The notes under the pieces were generated by a model. It searched no databases, was not told the DNA's origin, and saw only the letters and a list, made by a program, of their open reading frames with translations. The position numbers were made by a program, and so were the translations under genes. A stretch of DNA of 64,000 nucleotides, taken from contig NC_043004.1 in the NCBI RefSeq assembly GCF_006345805.1, forward strand, positions 98,146,001 to 98,210,000, written 5' to 3'. Positions within the stretch are counted from its first letter, which is position 1. Each line of letters starts with the position of its first letter. Source of the DNA: Octopus sinensis. Lineage: Eukaryota. This document shows, in pieces, positions 14,178 through 27,437 of the stretch.

Positions 14178-14759
14178 CCACACATATATAGTCTATCTAT
14201 CATGTGTGTGTGTGTGTGTGTATTTTTATTTAGCAGCAGTATCAGTGTGACCCAAGGTCCGAGAGTTTTTGTGCGTTGGCACTTATCAAGTGCCACGAAA
14301 CTCTCGGACCCTCGGACGTTGAGGTACCCTATTATTTCTGCTAAATAAAAATATCATTTTACACATATTTTGAGTACTACTTTTTCTGTTTGTATCACCA
14401 TACCTATACATGTATGCATGCATGTATGTATGTCTGTGTGTGTGCATACTCTTAAATGCTAATTTAAAACGTGTTTGTATACAAACATTAACTTAAGAAC
14501 GGACGTAAGATATCTATTTTGATAACTTCACTGTGACCTCGGTGTTCCGCTCAAACCGGGTTAGGGAATAGGGGTGTGTGTGTCATAAAATTTCTCGTAT
14601 ATATTAATTTACATGATTGGGATGAGTAGCAGAAACAGTAGTGGTAGTAGTAGTAGTAGTTGTAGTAGTAAGGGGAGGTGGAGGAGGAGGATCAGGAACA
14701 ACAACTACAGCAATAGAGGCAGCAGCAGCAACAGTAACGGCGGTAACAGCAGCAGTAGC

Positions 14760-15045
14760 AGAAGAAGAAGAAGAAGAAGAAGAAAAAAAGAGAAGAAGAA
14801 GGAAAAAAGAGATGAAGGAGAAGAAGAAAAAAAAAGAAGAAAAAAAAGAAAAGAATAATAGAAGAAGAAGAAGAGAAAAGAAGAAGAAGAAGAGAAGAAA
14901 ATGAGAAGAAAAAGAATAAGTAGAAGAAAATAAGAAGAAATAGTAGAATTAAAGAAAAAGAAGAAGAAGAAGAATAAGAGAAAGAGAAGAAGAAGAAGAA
15001 GAAGAAGAAGAAGAGAAGAGAAGAAGAAGAAGAAAAGAAGAAGTC
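14760..15045 (+). repeat. (GAA)n-rich polypurine tract preceded by (GTA)/(GCA)/(ACA) triplet repeats
   Basis: Direct inspection; explains the K/E/R/S-rich ORFs 14613-15126. Confidence 0.95.
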
Positions 15046-15823
15046 AATGATAGTGATGGTAGTCTGTCCGTAATGCTGGAATGGGGAGATAAATATGCTT
15101 CTGAAAATTCTACCAAGGCAGAACATGATTAGTGAAGAAGTGAAGTGAAAAAAAAAAATTAACGATAAACAAATTAGGATTAAATGAGGATTAAAAAAGC
15201 GGGTGGGTGGGTGTTATGTAGGCAAAATAATAAAACTTCTGATGAAGAAATAAATCGAGGTGTGGAAAAGTGGAAGTTCAAAGGTGATCGTAACAAGCAT
15301 GGAATAAGCATGTTTGTGAATATAGAATCTCTATGCACAGCGTCTAAATTATATTATATTGATATGGCTTTTGAGATCAAAGTCGTTAAGATTTTGAAAT
15401 GAGATGAGTTCCGTCCTATAACAGTTATAATTGCAAAGGTTGCGTGTATTGTGGCTGAATATAGTTGCGTTAGGTGAAATATCAAGTAATCATTAATTAC
15501 TACACTACATTTTATAATAGCAGGAACAACTTTTAAATTTAATGGTTCTAGATTTTATAGAAACTTAAATTCTATATTTTATAGAAAACATTCTATGAAA
15601 CTAAGATACATTAACAGTTTATGATTGGTATTTCAGCTCAGTTTTAACTCATATGGTTCTTTTGTGACTAAGTGGATTTAGGTTGTATTAAATGGTAGAA
15701 TTAGCTTCAGCACTGAAATGGAAGTTATGTGATATACAGCTCGGTGGCCCCCGCTAAGAAGATAATGTGCGAGTTTATGTCCCGTGAATAAATACTGAAA
15801 TAGGTTTGGCAAAATAACTCCGT

Positions 15824-16035
15824 CTTTACTCTTTTACTTGTTTCAGTCATTTGACTGTGGCCATGCTGGAGCACCGCCTTTAGTCGAGCAAATCGATCCC
15901 AGGACTTATTCTTTGTAAGTCTAGTACTTATTGTATCGGTCTCTTTTTGCCGAACCGCTAAGTTACGGGGACGTAAACACGCAAGCATCTGTTGTCAAGC
16001 GATGTTGGATGGCAAACACAGACACAAAACCATAT

Positions 16036-16068
<33 letters not shown>

Positions 16069-16235
16069 CACACATATATATGTATACATGTATACAACGG
16101 GCCTTTTTCAGTTTCCGTCTACCAAATCCACTCACAAAGCTTTGGTCGGCCCGAGGCTATAGTAGAAGACACTTGCCCAAGGTGCCACGCAGTAGGACTG
16201 ATCCCGGAACCATGTGGTTGGTAAGCAAGCTACTT
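15824..16235 (-). mobile_element. SINE family B (tRNA head, CORE-like domain, internal microsatellite)
   Basis: On the minus strand: GGTTCCGGGATCAGTCC tRNA-like box, CCTTGGGCAAGTGTCTT CORE-like motif, internal (TA)/(CA) run and tail ending in GTAAAAGAG repeats. Confidence 0.9.
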
Positions 16236-16936
16236 ATATATATATATAAATATAATGTGTGTATATTTATATACATACACACACATCGAAGTCACACGTC
16301 AATATCTGTCTGCTGGTTCTTCCAAATGTACGTGATAGCAATTAGGTCATATAGCCCCCAAGAATGTCTGCGAATACATATTTATATCATCGAATGTAAA
16401 CAGCTACGTCCGCATACGTGTTTATTCATAAAGGGCTATAAAATATATTCATTAAGCTAATAAGTCGTTTAGTATGGAAATGAAATAAAATTATATTCGT
16501 ATAAAAATAGCATTACAAGAAATGGTTCGGGGTTGCAATGGAAGGGTGAAATGTTTTCTATTTGAAAAGCCAATGTATTCTAAGACGCAAAGTTGATATG
16601 GTAATTTGTTATGGTAGGTGTATGTGTCAGCGTACCAATTAATTTTGTAAAATGTACTTATGGGATTATATATACCTGACATTCTTTAGGATTACTGAAT
16701 GGATGTGCATGCTTGTTTTACCGCTTTTGAGAGGTGAAAGGTATTCTTCGTGTGCAGTTTCTCTTATAGTCCTGTGGCCTTTCTATCCATCACCGGATAA
16801 GTAAACATACACACACGCATATATACACAACAAAATATATAAAAGCATATTGTCTCTCACCCATATATACATATAATCACACACATATGCAAATTTACAT
16901 AAATAAATGCACACACACAGGCACACACACGCATGG

Positions 16937-17340
16937 ACTCTTTTACTTGTTTCAGTCATTTGACTGCGGCCATGCTGGAGCACCGCCTTTAATCGAACAA
17001 CTCGACCCCGGGACTTATTCTTTTGTAAGCCCAGTACTTATTCTATCGGTCTTCTTTTGCCGAACCGCTAAGTAACTGGGACGTAAACACACCAGCATCG
17101 GTTGTCTAGCAATGCTAGGGGAAAAAACACAGACACACAAGCACACACACATATATACATACTTATACATATATACGACGGGCTTCTTTCAGTTTTCGTC
17201 TACCAAATCCACTCACAAGGCTTTGGTCGGCCCAAGGCTGTAGCAGAATACACTTGCCCAAGGTGCCACACAGTGGGACTGAACCCGGAACAATGTGGTT
17301 GGTAAACAAGCTACTTACCACACAGCCACTCCTACGCCTA
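16937..17340 (-). mobile_element. SINE family B, full length
   Basis: Begins TAGGCGTAGGAGTGGCTGTGTGGTAAG on the minus strand; same modules as the other copies. Confidence 0.92.
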
Positions 17341-17576
17341 TATGTGTATTTAAATATATTACGGTTACTGCTTTACTCCCCTGATTCCTGATCGAAGCCG
17401 TTATTCACTGATGGAAATCAATACCTTTTTATAAATTGTTGAGAGTTATATGCAAAGTTTATTTGAAAGAAATATAACGTTAAGTATATATAAGTATGTG
17501 ATATATATATATACATATAAGTATATATATGAGAATATTGTAGTTTGCTTGAAGCATTGTGTATTGTTTGTAAAGA

Positions 17577-17866
17577 ATAAAAAAGTTTTGAATGGTACAA
17601 CAATGCACTATAATACAGACAATGGACTATATACCTGTTGTAATTTAGTTATCCATAGTCTATGATATTTCGGAATAATATTCCTTCTTCAGACATTCTT
17701 AGATGGAGTCGCGAGAACCAATTATAGCAGCGATTCCATCTAAGAATATCTGAAGAAGGAATATTATTCCGAAATATCATATCAGAATATAGCTGACTAA
17801 ATTACAACAGGTATATAGTCCATTGTCTGTATTATAGTGCATGTGTATCATTCAAAACTGTTTATT
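17577..17866. repeat. Fold-back inverted repeat (~135-bp arms, 17-nt loop) with hammerhead-like core
   Basis: 17577-17712 is the reverse complement of 17730-17866. CTGAAGA-A-GGAAT(ATT)ATTCC-GAAA lies at 17750-17774. Confidence 0.93.
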
Positions 17867-17869
17867 TTT

Positions 17870-17922
<53 letters not shown>

Positions 17923-17940
17923 GAGGAGAGAGAGAGAGAG

Positions 17941-17994
<54 letters not shown>

Positions 17995-18241
17995 TAGATA
18001 GATAGATATATAGATAAATAGATAGTTAGATAGTTAGATAGATAGATAAATCGCCAGTGAACTAAACCTGTCATATCATATATATATATATATAGTATAT
18101 ATATATATATACATACATATATATATGTATGTATTTATATATATGTGTGTATGTATATATATATATATATAATATGTGTATATATATGTGTATATATATA
18201 TATATGTGTGTATATATATATATACACATATATATATACAA

Positions 18242-18272
<31 letters not shown>

Positions 18273-18388
18273 ATATACATACATATATATATGTATGTAT
18301 TTATATATATATGTATGTATGTATATATATAGTGTATATATGTGTGTATATATATATGTATATATATATATATATATGTGTATATATA

Positions 18389-18450
<62 letters not shown>
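17870..18450. repeat. Compound (TA)n/(GA)n/(GATA)n/(TA,TG)n microsatellite block
   Basis: Direct inspection. Confidence 0.95.
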
Positions 18451-18451
<1 letters not shown>

Positions 18452-19069
18452 GTGTTTTCCTGTGTCTTTTATTCATTGGACAACAGAATGATAAACTAAG
18501 AGAAGAATAATTGCGACAAGCAAAGAGATGAATAAATTAATTTGCTGAAGACGAGATCCTCTGGGTTCAGCGCTCACAGAAGGTCTTTTACATCGGAGAC
18601 ATGTACTGCGTTACCGAAGACAATCTCTCCCCTCAATTAAACGAAAAATACTATATTAAAAGAAAAGGAAAGAAAGGTAAATAAATCCATTGTAATAATT
18701 CTCTATGGAATCTGAGACATTTTCAGCTCTGAAGAAACGTAGAACTTTATTTTCCATAAAACGATTTACAATGAATAAATAAATAAATATTCCACTATGA
18801 AAAATTTATTGAGTGTAAAAATTAATTGCACCGGTAAAGATGAAGTCTAAACAACTGGAAAGTAGAATTTTTGTCCCACTTTTTATTTCTGTTAGAGTAT
18901 GTTTGGAAGGCGGAGATTCTAGTAAGGATGTTTTGATGTCTACTTTTATAATTTTATATTTTTGGTACTTTACTTTATCAATTTGATATTTTACAATCTT
19001 TTTTTTTGTTATTTTCTATTAAAATCACTTTTCATTATTTTTATTCTCAAATTTTTACATATTATTTTA

Positions 19070-19094
19070 CTACTATTACTACTACTACAACTAT

Positions 19095-19136
<42 letters not shown>

Positions 19137-19325
19137 CGCCACCACCACCACCGACTACGCCGCCATAACTAATACTTCTACTACTACCACTGCTACCACC
19201 GCCACCGACACAATCACTACCACCACCACTACTACTACTACTATTACTACTACTTCTACTACTACCAGCACCACTACTACTACTACTACTACTACTAATA
19301 CTACTACTACTACGACTACTTCTAC
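19070..19325. repeat. (TAC)n/(CAC)n trinucleotide repeat
   Basis: Direct inspection; source of the poly-Thr, poly-Leu and poly-Ser ORFs. Confidence 0.95.
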
Positions 19326-19792
19326 TTTTGTTATTAGTTATTATATTTGATATTATTTTGGTGTGATTTTTTAAAATATTTATTTCTGTTATGTATTTTA
19401 ATTCAGACATTCTCCAAGAACACAATTTTTTCAAACATATACTTTTGGTTGGAAGATCATGTTTTTCGATATATTTTACGTTACTCTCTCTCCCACCGCT
19501 CCACCTCCCACCTCCACTTCTTACAGACATCATCCGTCTCATAATGTGTTTTCAATAATGTTTTTTTTTTGTTTTTTTTTTTTGTTTTTTTTTCATTATG
19601 AAAACTTGTTATAATTTTAGCTTTATTTTATCATTTTTTTTTTGTGTCTGAAATTGCAGATTTCATAGACGACATTACTTACAAAACAAATATTGTATTA
19701 TCAGTTTTCTCCCTTTTGTTTTCTTTTATAATTCTTTAAATTTAATGCTGGGTTTAGAGAGCTTGCTATATAAGTATAAATGTGTCTGTCTG

Positions 19793-19846
<54 letters not shown>

Positions 19847-20811
19847 CGTCTGCTGTTTGTTTGTCTATCTAGCGAGTTAACTATCTTCATATGCGTATGC
19901 ATGAGTATGTTTAATAGATATTTAGATACATATCTACATGTAATGTATGTAAATGTACATATATACATACTAACACACACACATACATATACATATATCT
20001 CTCTGGTAGATTTTATTAATCTACTTTCTATTGTCACATGACACGTATACTCTACTTCAATGCCATCACTGCGTAATTATAATATCACCATTTTCTTTCC
20101 TTTAAAATAAAAATGTTGTATAAAGAATTGGTATTCCGAACCAAATATCTGTACTTTATTTTACTGAAAGAAACTATAATGGACCCCGCAGTTAACTTAT
20201 TCAGAAACTGATATGCATAACATCTATTCTTTCCTCAAACATCAATTCATTATCTAAATACATAGGTCTGGAGCCTTAAAATAGACTTGTCACTCTCAGA
20301 ATGTGCCAGCTCTTACAGTAATGGATACAATGAATGTCCAATCGACCATGCATCTATATTTAATATCTCAACAAACGAGCTAAAACTCTTTATATTAGAG
20401 ATATTTACTAGCCTCAGAGGATTGCTGAAAAAAATTTCAACTTGAGACCTTTTAAAATCTTTGATCTACGTATTTCAATCGCTAGCGAAAAGGTAAAAGT
20501 CTTTGTGACAAACGCCGTTTTATGATCGTTTTACAAATTTAGGTTCATCTAAACTTGCTACATCCATACTACCATAAAATATTAAATCAACAGTTTCGTG
20601 GGATCCAGTTTTTGATTTGTGTGTGTGTATACGTGTATGCATGTATGCATGTGTATATATGCATATATATACATACATGTAATTATACACACATATATAC
20701 TTATACACATACATATGTGTATGTATATATATGTACGCATTTCTGTAAAAAATTGTGTGTATAAATTATCTTCTTTTAGCATCATAATTCTTTCCGTATT
20801 ATATTCTGTTG

Positions 20812-21014
20812 TTCTTTTATTCTTTTCACTCAGTTGACTGCGACCATGCTGGAGCACTACCTTTGAAGTGTTTTAGTCGAACAAATCGACCCTAAGACGT
20901 ATTTGTAAGCGTAGTACTCTATCGGTCTCGTTTGCCAACCCATTTAGTCACGCGGACGTAAACACACCAACACCAGTTGTCAAGCGGTATGGGAGGACAG
21001 ACACAAAGTTACCA

Positions 21015-21076
<62 letters not shown>

Positions 21077-21233
21077 GACGATCTTCTTCCAGTTTCCGTC
21101 TACCACATCCACTCATAAGAATTTAGTCGGCTCGAGGCTATAGCAGAAATCACTTGTCCTAGACACTTACCCAACTGAACCCAGAACCACATGGTTTGAA
21201 AGCAAGCTTCTTACCACACAACCAGGCCTACAC
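20812..21233 (-). mobile_element. SINE family B, diverged full-length copy
   Basis: All family B modules are present with more substitutions. Confidence 0.85.
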
Positions 21234-22631
21234 CAATACTAATAAAGGTATTTAGGTGTTACATGTTCCTTGCCATGTTGTAGTGAATCTGCTTTCTATT
21301 TATTTGAGTTTTTCAGAATTTCTATCTTCCCACTTTTCTCGTATCATTTGTTATTTACCCTTTCTTTTCTTGCTGTCACTCATCGATCCGCACCTTTCTC
21401 AATTTTCTCTATTAAGCATATTGGGTAAAACTAGAGTTTGGAGCCTCTCGTCTGCACTTAGCTGAAAGGCATAACCTCACTTTCTTTGATTGCGTATTAG
21501 TGTGTCACTTTCACTTTGGCTACAGGCAATGTTGCAACCAAAGATTCTCAAGGAATTCTCAAGGAATACCCATGCCATAATGGTGACGATAAAACAAAGT
21601 TCCACGCTAGTATCATCACATCCGTATGGACTTCGTAATTCTCTTCCATATATACTTAGTGTAACATCAGATTTTGGGCAGGCGTGTTAGGCACTAGCTT
21701 GTTTATACTTCTCACGTTATTCTCAGCCTTACAGGCCAGACACAGGATTTGGGATGCCCTTTGGTTATCAATAGCCCTCTTACCATGGAGCGGCAAAGAC
21801 TAATTCAGCTGTTCTTTTGTGAGCATATGAAAACTGTACCTTTTATTAGCAACTCAAATTTACGTTACTTTCATTTGTATCAATACTTGGGCATTATCGT
21901 ATGAAAAGCATATTTTTTGACATACTTCATCCATATTCTCACAATTTCTTGGCTCTGATTCAAAATGTTCTTTTCTAACTTAAATGTTAGCAAATAATAA
22001 TGATTTTTTCGAGACTTGTGGTGCTACTTGTAATAATATTTTCATCACTTAAATTTGCATTTCTAGCACTACACTGTGTCGTAATTGACTTATGAATATT
22101 TGTGCTTGCAAGTTTGTCAGTATTATGGCCATGTTGCCATGTTTTATGCTTTTAAATATGTTTTCATGTTTGGGAAATATATGGTAGTATACGTTTAATA
22201 TTTAGTTTTCGAATAGACAAGTACTATAAACATGCCGCAGCTCCTCTTACTCAAAAGACTGCCTAGCTGAAATATACACAGTAAAAACGTATAGAAAAAC
22301 GCTTTTTATTGTTTTACGGTAAAATGATATGACAGAAAAAATAATTCGAAAATATTCCTCATCAATTATTCCGAACAAAAATGAATGAAAATCTAATACA
22401 TCCATGAGAAATCATACTCCAGGCTATTACTAAATAAAACCATACATTTACAGCAAACAACATCAACAATAATAAAAATAATTTTTAATAATGATAATCA
22501 CACAGAAATTCATATATTTTTTTATCATACATCTAGTGATTTGTCTATGTACTTGGTGGCCATGTGTCCATGTATACAACATGGAACGTGCTACAAAACG
22601 AGCTGCAAAACATATATATATGTGTGTGTGT

Positions 22632-22930
22632 GATCACGTGATTACGTGACCGACCAGGCCATCAGATGTAGTGATACATCGCTGGTCACAATGCGTTCGC
22701 ATTGTTTTAGCCTTCAAATGACGCCACCCCGCTGGCTAAGCGAGCAGGCCAACAGAAGAGTGAGAGAAAGAGTGGTGAAAGAGTACAGCAGAGATCCCCC
22801 CCCCTGCCGGAGCCTAGTGGAGCTTTTAAGTGTTTTTGCTCAATAAACACTCACAACACCCGGTCTGGGAATCGAAACCGCGATCCTACAACCGTGAGTC
22901 CGCTGCCCTAACCACTTGGCCATTGCGCCT
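22632..22930 (-). mobile_element. SINE family A, short-tail variant A2
   Basis: Same tRNA-like head as A1, but the tail reads TTGGCCTGCTCGCTTAGCCAGCGGGG...GTCACGTAATCACGTGAT. The head abuts a long (TA)n. Confidence 0.9.
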
Positions 22931-23186
<256 letters not shown>

Positions 23187-23190
<4 letters not shown>

Positions 23191-24508
23191 TAAGAAAATA
23201 GTAAAGTGTGAAAAAACGACAGAAGGCTTAAATGTTAAAAAATATATATATTTGTGTCAAAATGTCTGGAGAATATGGAAAAAATTTTTTGCCCTTTCCT
23301 TAAAATGACATAATTTTAAAATTTTAAAGAAATTACCGGTTTCGCGTGTAGCTTTCAAATTTCTTGTGACGTTATGTTTATATTGCATGGAATTATCGTT
23401 GTTTTATTCAGGAGATTTCTAAATAAGGGGAGGTAGTGAGTGATTTTTTTCGGTGTAGGGGAGATAATCGCTTAAAATTTTTTTAAGGATGGATCAGACG
23501 TGCAACAGAAATCAACATAGAAACTTAAGAAAAGTTCAACACAACAACACACCTTCCCGAAAATACTACCTTACATATCTACATACAACCCCAGAACACA
23601 AGAAGCCTTCACCATCATCACCCAGAATTTACCAATACTTCATAAAAACCCAAAATTAAAGGAAATTCTAAACATACACCAAATCATTAAAAGCTACAAA
23701 CAGCCTAAATCACTTAAAAAGATTCTCACAAAGGCAAAATTGTCTTCTAAAATCACGGATGCAAAAGTAAAAAAATGTGGTAGATCGAACTGTGCAACAT
23801 GTCCTAACCTATTGGAAGGATCAGAATTCTTCTTTAAAGAGGGACAGAAATTTAAGATCAAATCTAACCTTACTTGTGCCTCTGAAAACATAATTTATGT
23901 TATTAAATGCTCGGGCTGCCACTAAGACTACGTGGGTTCCACGGGACTATCACTCAGGCGCAGATGCACACTGCATCGACAACAGATTGCATTCCCAGAA
24001 TATAGAATGATACCTTTTAGTGAGCACATTGAGAAATGCGCAAAGCAACTACTGCCACAATTTTTAATCTTCCCATTTTACCAATGTGCTTTCGGATCAT
24101 CAACACAAATGAGACTAAACAAGGAAACATTCTTCATTGAAAAGTACAAACCCAGACTCAACCATCCGAACATACTGACACAGAGAAATTAACTAGCAAA
24201 AGGGAAAAAAAATTTTTAAGCGATTATCTCCCCTACACCGGAAAAAATCACTCACTACCTCCCCTTATTAGAAAATCTCCTGGAAATAAAAACAACGATA
24301 ATTCCATGCAATATAAACAAACGTCACAAGAAATTGGAAAAGCTACACGCGAAACCGGTAATTTCTTTAAAAATTTTAAAATTATGTCATTTTAAGGAAA
24401 GGGAAAAAAAATTTTTCCAATATTCTCCAGACATTTTGACACAAATATATATATTTTTAACATTTAAGCCTTCTGTCGTTTTTTCACACTTTACTATTTT
24501 CTTATATA
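23187..24508 (+). mobile_element. Penelope-like element (Neptune-type), 5'-truncated, with ~300-bp inverted terminal copies
   Basis: 23550-24192 gives PYISTYNP...KSYKQPKSL...KCGRSNCATC (Zn knuckle)...NLTCASENIIYVIKCSGCH*DYVGSTG...LHRQQI...ETFFIEKYKPRLN (GIY-YIG). Arms 23187-23484 and 24205-24508 are near-identical reverse complements. Confidence 0.92.
24328..24367 (+). ncRNA. Minimal (dimeric-type) hammerhead ribozyme motif in PLE terminus; mirror copy at 23327-23365 (-)
   Basis: Stem I AAGAAAT/ATTTCTT; core consensus TTGAAAA (U3/A8 variant); 2-bp stem II GC-TACAC-GC; GAAA; palindromic ACCGGT stem III; GUA triplet. Confidence 0.65.
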
Positions 24509-24547
24509 TTCACCCACGTGCTTTACCAAACAAACTTTCTTATATAT

Positions 24548-24580
<33 letters not shown>

Positions 24581-24903
24581 TACATAATCATATATGTAAT
24601 ACACAAATACATACATAATTTATTATTATTTTCAGTTAGCTTAGCATAAAGTTTCATAAGCGTAAAATGCGTCCACTCCTCAGAAGTGAATATAGGGAGA
24701 CATCTCCCAAAATGTAGTGGTGTGGACTTTTCCTACATGCAAAAAACTTTAAGCAATATGGAGCAGAGCTAAATAGATATTAAATGCCTATTACTCCAAC
24801 GGAATAATAAGATTATGATGTTTAGTTTTTCCCTCGCTCCTATAAGTGCATACATACATGCATATTATGTACGCATATATTTGTATATACATTATATATA
24901 TAT

Positions 24904-24961
<58 letters not shown>

Positions 24962-25103
24962 CATGTATATACATATAAATATATATACAAATGCGACTGT
25001 ATACACTACACTGTACGTCGCATTTTCAGTACGCATGTACCTTTATAATGTTTAGTACACCGCATTTGCTATCACACATGGGCGTCACGATTTCACCACA
25101 TCA

Positions 25104-25180
<77 letters not shown>

Positions 25181-25212
25181 CTATCTCTCTCTCTCTCTAT
25201 ATATATATATAT

Positions 25213-25400
25213 TATTCTTTTATTTCTTTCTGTCATTCGACTGCAGCCATGCTGGAGCACCGCCTTTAGTCGAACAAGTTGTAAGCCTAGTACTTGCTAT
25301 GTCGGTCTCTTTGCCGAACCGCTAAGTTACGGGCACGTAAACACACCAACATCGGTTGTCGAGAGGTGTTGGGTGTCAAACACAGACGCATAAACATACA
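25213..25400 (-). mobile_element. SINE family B, 3' half
   Basis: Tail modules only. Confidence 0.85.
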
Positions 25401-25440
25401 CCCGCACCCCGCCCCATATATATATATATATATATATATG

Positions 25441-25718
25441 CGTGGAGACGCAATGGCCCAGTGGTTAGGGCAGCGAAATCGCAGTCGTAGGATCGCGGTT
25501 TCGATTCCCAGATCGGACGTTGTGTGTGTTTATTGAGCGAAAACACCTACAAAGAGCTCCACGAGGCTCCGGCAGGGGGTGGTGATCCCTGTTGTACTCT
25601 TTCACCACTCTTTCTTTCTTTCTTCTGTTGGCCTGCTCGCTTAGCCAGTGGGGTGGCGTCGTACGAAGGCGATGTGTAGCAACAGCTGATGGTCTGGTCG
25701 GTCACGTGATCATGTGAT
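25441..25718 (+). mobile_element. SINE family A, variant A2 (internal ~30-bp deletion in tail)
   Basis: A head plus A2 tail, lacking the ACAATGCGAACGCATTGT hairpin; flanked by microsatellites. Confidence 0.9.
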
Positions 25719-26034
25719 ATTTATGCATGTATGTATTATGTATGTATGTTTGCATGCATGCATGCGTATATGCATATATTCTTTATAAGAGACAGAAACA
25801 GTATTGGTTCAGATAAACATTCTGTATATATTATATAACGGGGATATCTTACAGAAACTCATAGAACTTCAGTATTCATCTTGATATAAAGTTTTTTGTA
25901 TAGAGTTACAGTTTAAAAATGAGACATCAGTAGCAGGCGAAAATTGTCCTGAAGTGATTGTGAAATTTCTAAATTCGGATTCATTTGTCCTTTCACGCTA
26001 ACGGTATCTATTATCAACCACAATCTTAGACAGA

Positions 26035-26199
26035 TAGGCGTAGGAGTGGCTGTGTGGTAAGTAGCTTGCTAACCAACCACATGGTTCCGGGTTCAGTCCC
26101 ACTGCGTGGCATCTTGGGCAAGTGTCTTCTGCTATAGCCTCGGGCCGACCAATGCCTTGTGAGTGGATTTGGTAGACGGAAACTGAAAGAAGCCTGTAG

Positions 26200-26240
<41 letters not shown>

Positions 26241-26418
26241 ATGTGTTGGCGTGTCTTTACGTCCCCGTTACTTAGCGGTTCGGCAAGCGAGACCGATAGA
26301 ATAAGTACTGGACTTACAAAGAATAAGACCCGGGGTCGATTTGCTCGACTAAAGGCGATGCTCCAGCATGGCCGCAGTCAAATGACTGAAACAAGTAAAA
26401 GAGTAAAAGAGTAAAAGA
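26035..26418 (+). mobile_element. SINE family B, full length; its 3' half is repeated at 27446-27642 and 28677-28874
   Basis: Head TAGGCGTAGGAGTGG, CORE-like motif, internal (TA)n(TG)n and tail. Confidence 0.92.
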
Positions 26419-27385
26419 TGTATCATCTACAGATATAGAAAACCAATTGTTGATAAATCAGAAATGTCAAGAATAGGGTAGAGTGAATGTCTAGGAAAAT
26501 TTCGTTCTTTACGGTGGATGCAGTTATAGAGCAGAATAGCATTCTGTGTCTCTTGCTTAACGTGGGTATACTGCAATAAAACCACAAAATTGCAGTATGC
26601 ATTTTGAGAGAATTTCTAATATAGAGATAGAGTTCTCTAATGCTCAGAAGCGTATCAGTATCAGTCTATGTACGAAAATCACGCAACACATTCAGTCATT
26701 CACATTTGCGTGTAAGTGTATGTGTGTTTGTGTGCGTGCATATGTGCGCGTGTTTGTGTCTGTGTGTGTATATTTTTCAGCGTATTTTATACGCCATCCT
26801 CTGATTCCATAAACGCCTGGACTACATGAAGACATAGAATTACATACATAACCATTTAATTAATTAATTAAATATAATTTCATATAAAATGTATTATTCC
26901 TTAAGAGATTTAAATGTGATAGATTGTAATTAATTATCGTAACAACCTGATTAAAATTCAGTTATAACATAATATGTTTTGTCAGAGATAAACTCAAACA
27001 GACTCCATAATCTAACTATTAAACCAGCTATGCTAACAATCTAATATAAGAATTTCATTTTCAACAAATTTGGTAATGTTTTTGTTATCCAAAAGATGGA
27101 TACTTAAATAATTTAGTCATATATTCAGGATTATTTCCTTTCGGTGTAATTATGATAGCTTGCTTCTCATATATGTAAATTTAGATTCATAATATCTATA
27201 TATGTATGGTAGGAATGGTGGAATAGATGAATAGTAGATAGATATAGGCATGTATATCTGTTTGTATTTATGCGTGTAATTATGTATAGGTTGATATTTA
27301 CATTCTTTAAATGTGTATGTAATTTTATATATAAATTGTGCATATACATATATACGACCACATATATGTGTGAAATTGTGTGTTG

Positions 27386-27437
<52 letters not shown>

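Noticed and set aside
14613-15126. SR/KE-rich protein-like ORFs
   Set aside because: They are triplet-repeat translations, open on both strands.
18962-19542. Mucin-like poly-Thr and poly-Ser ORFs
   Set aside because: They come from the (TAC)n repeat.
21240-21790. T-rich segment resembling an antisense LINE ORF
   Set aside because: No diagnostic motif recognised.
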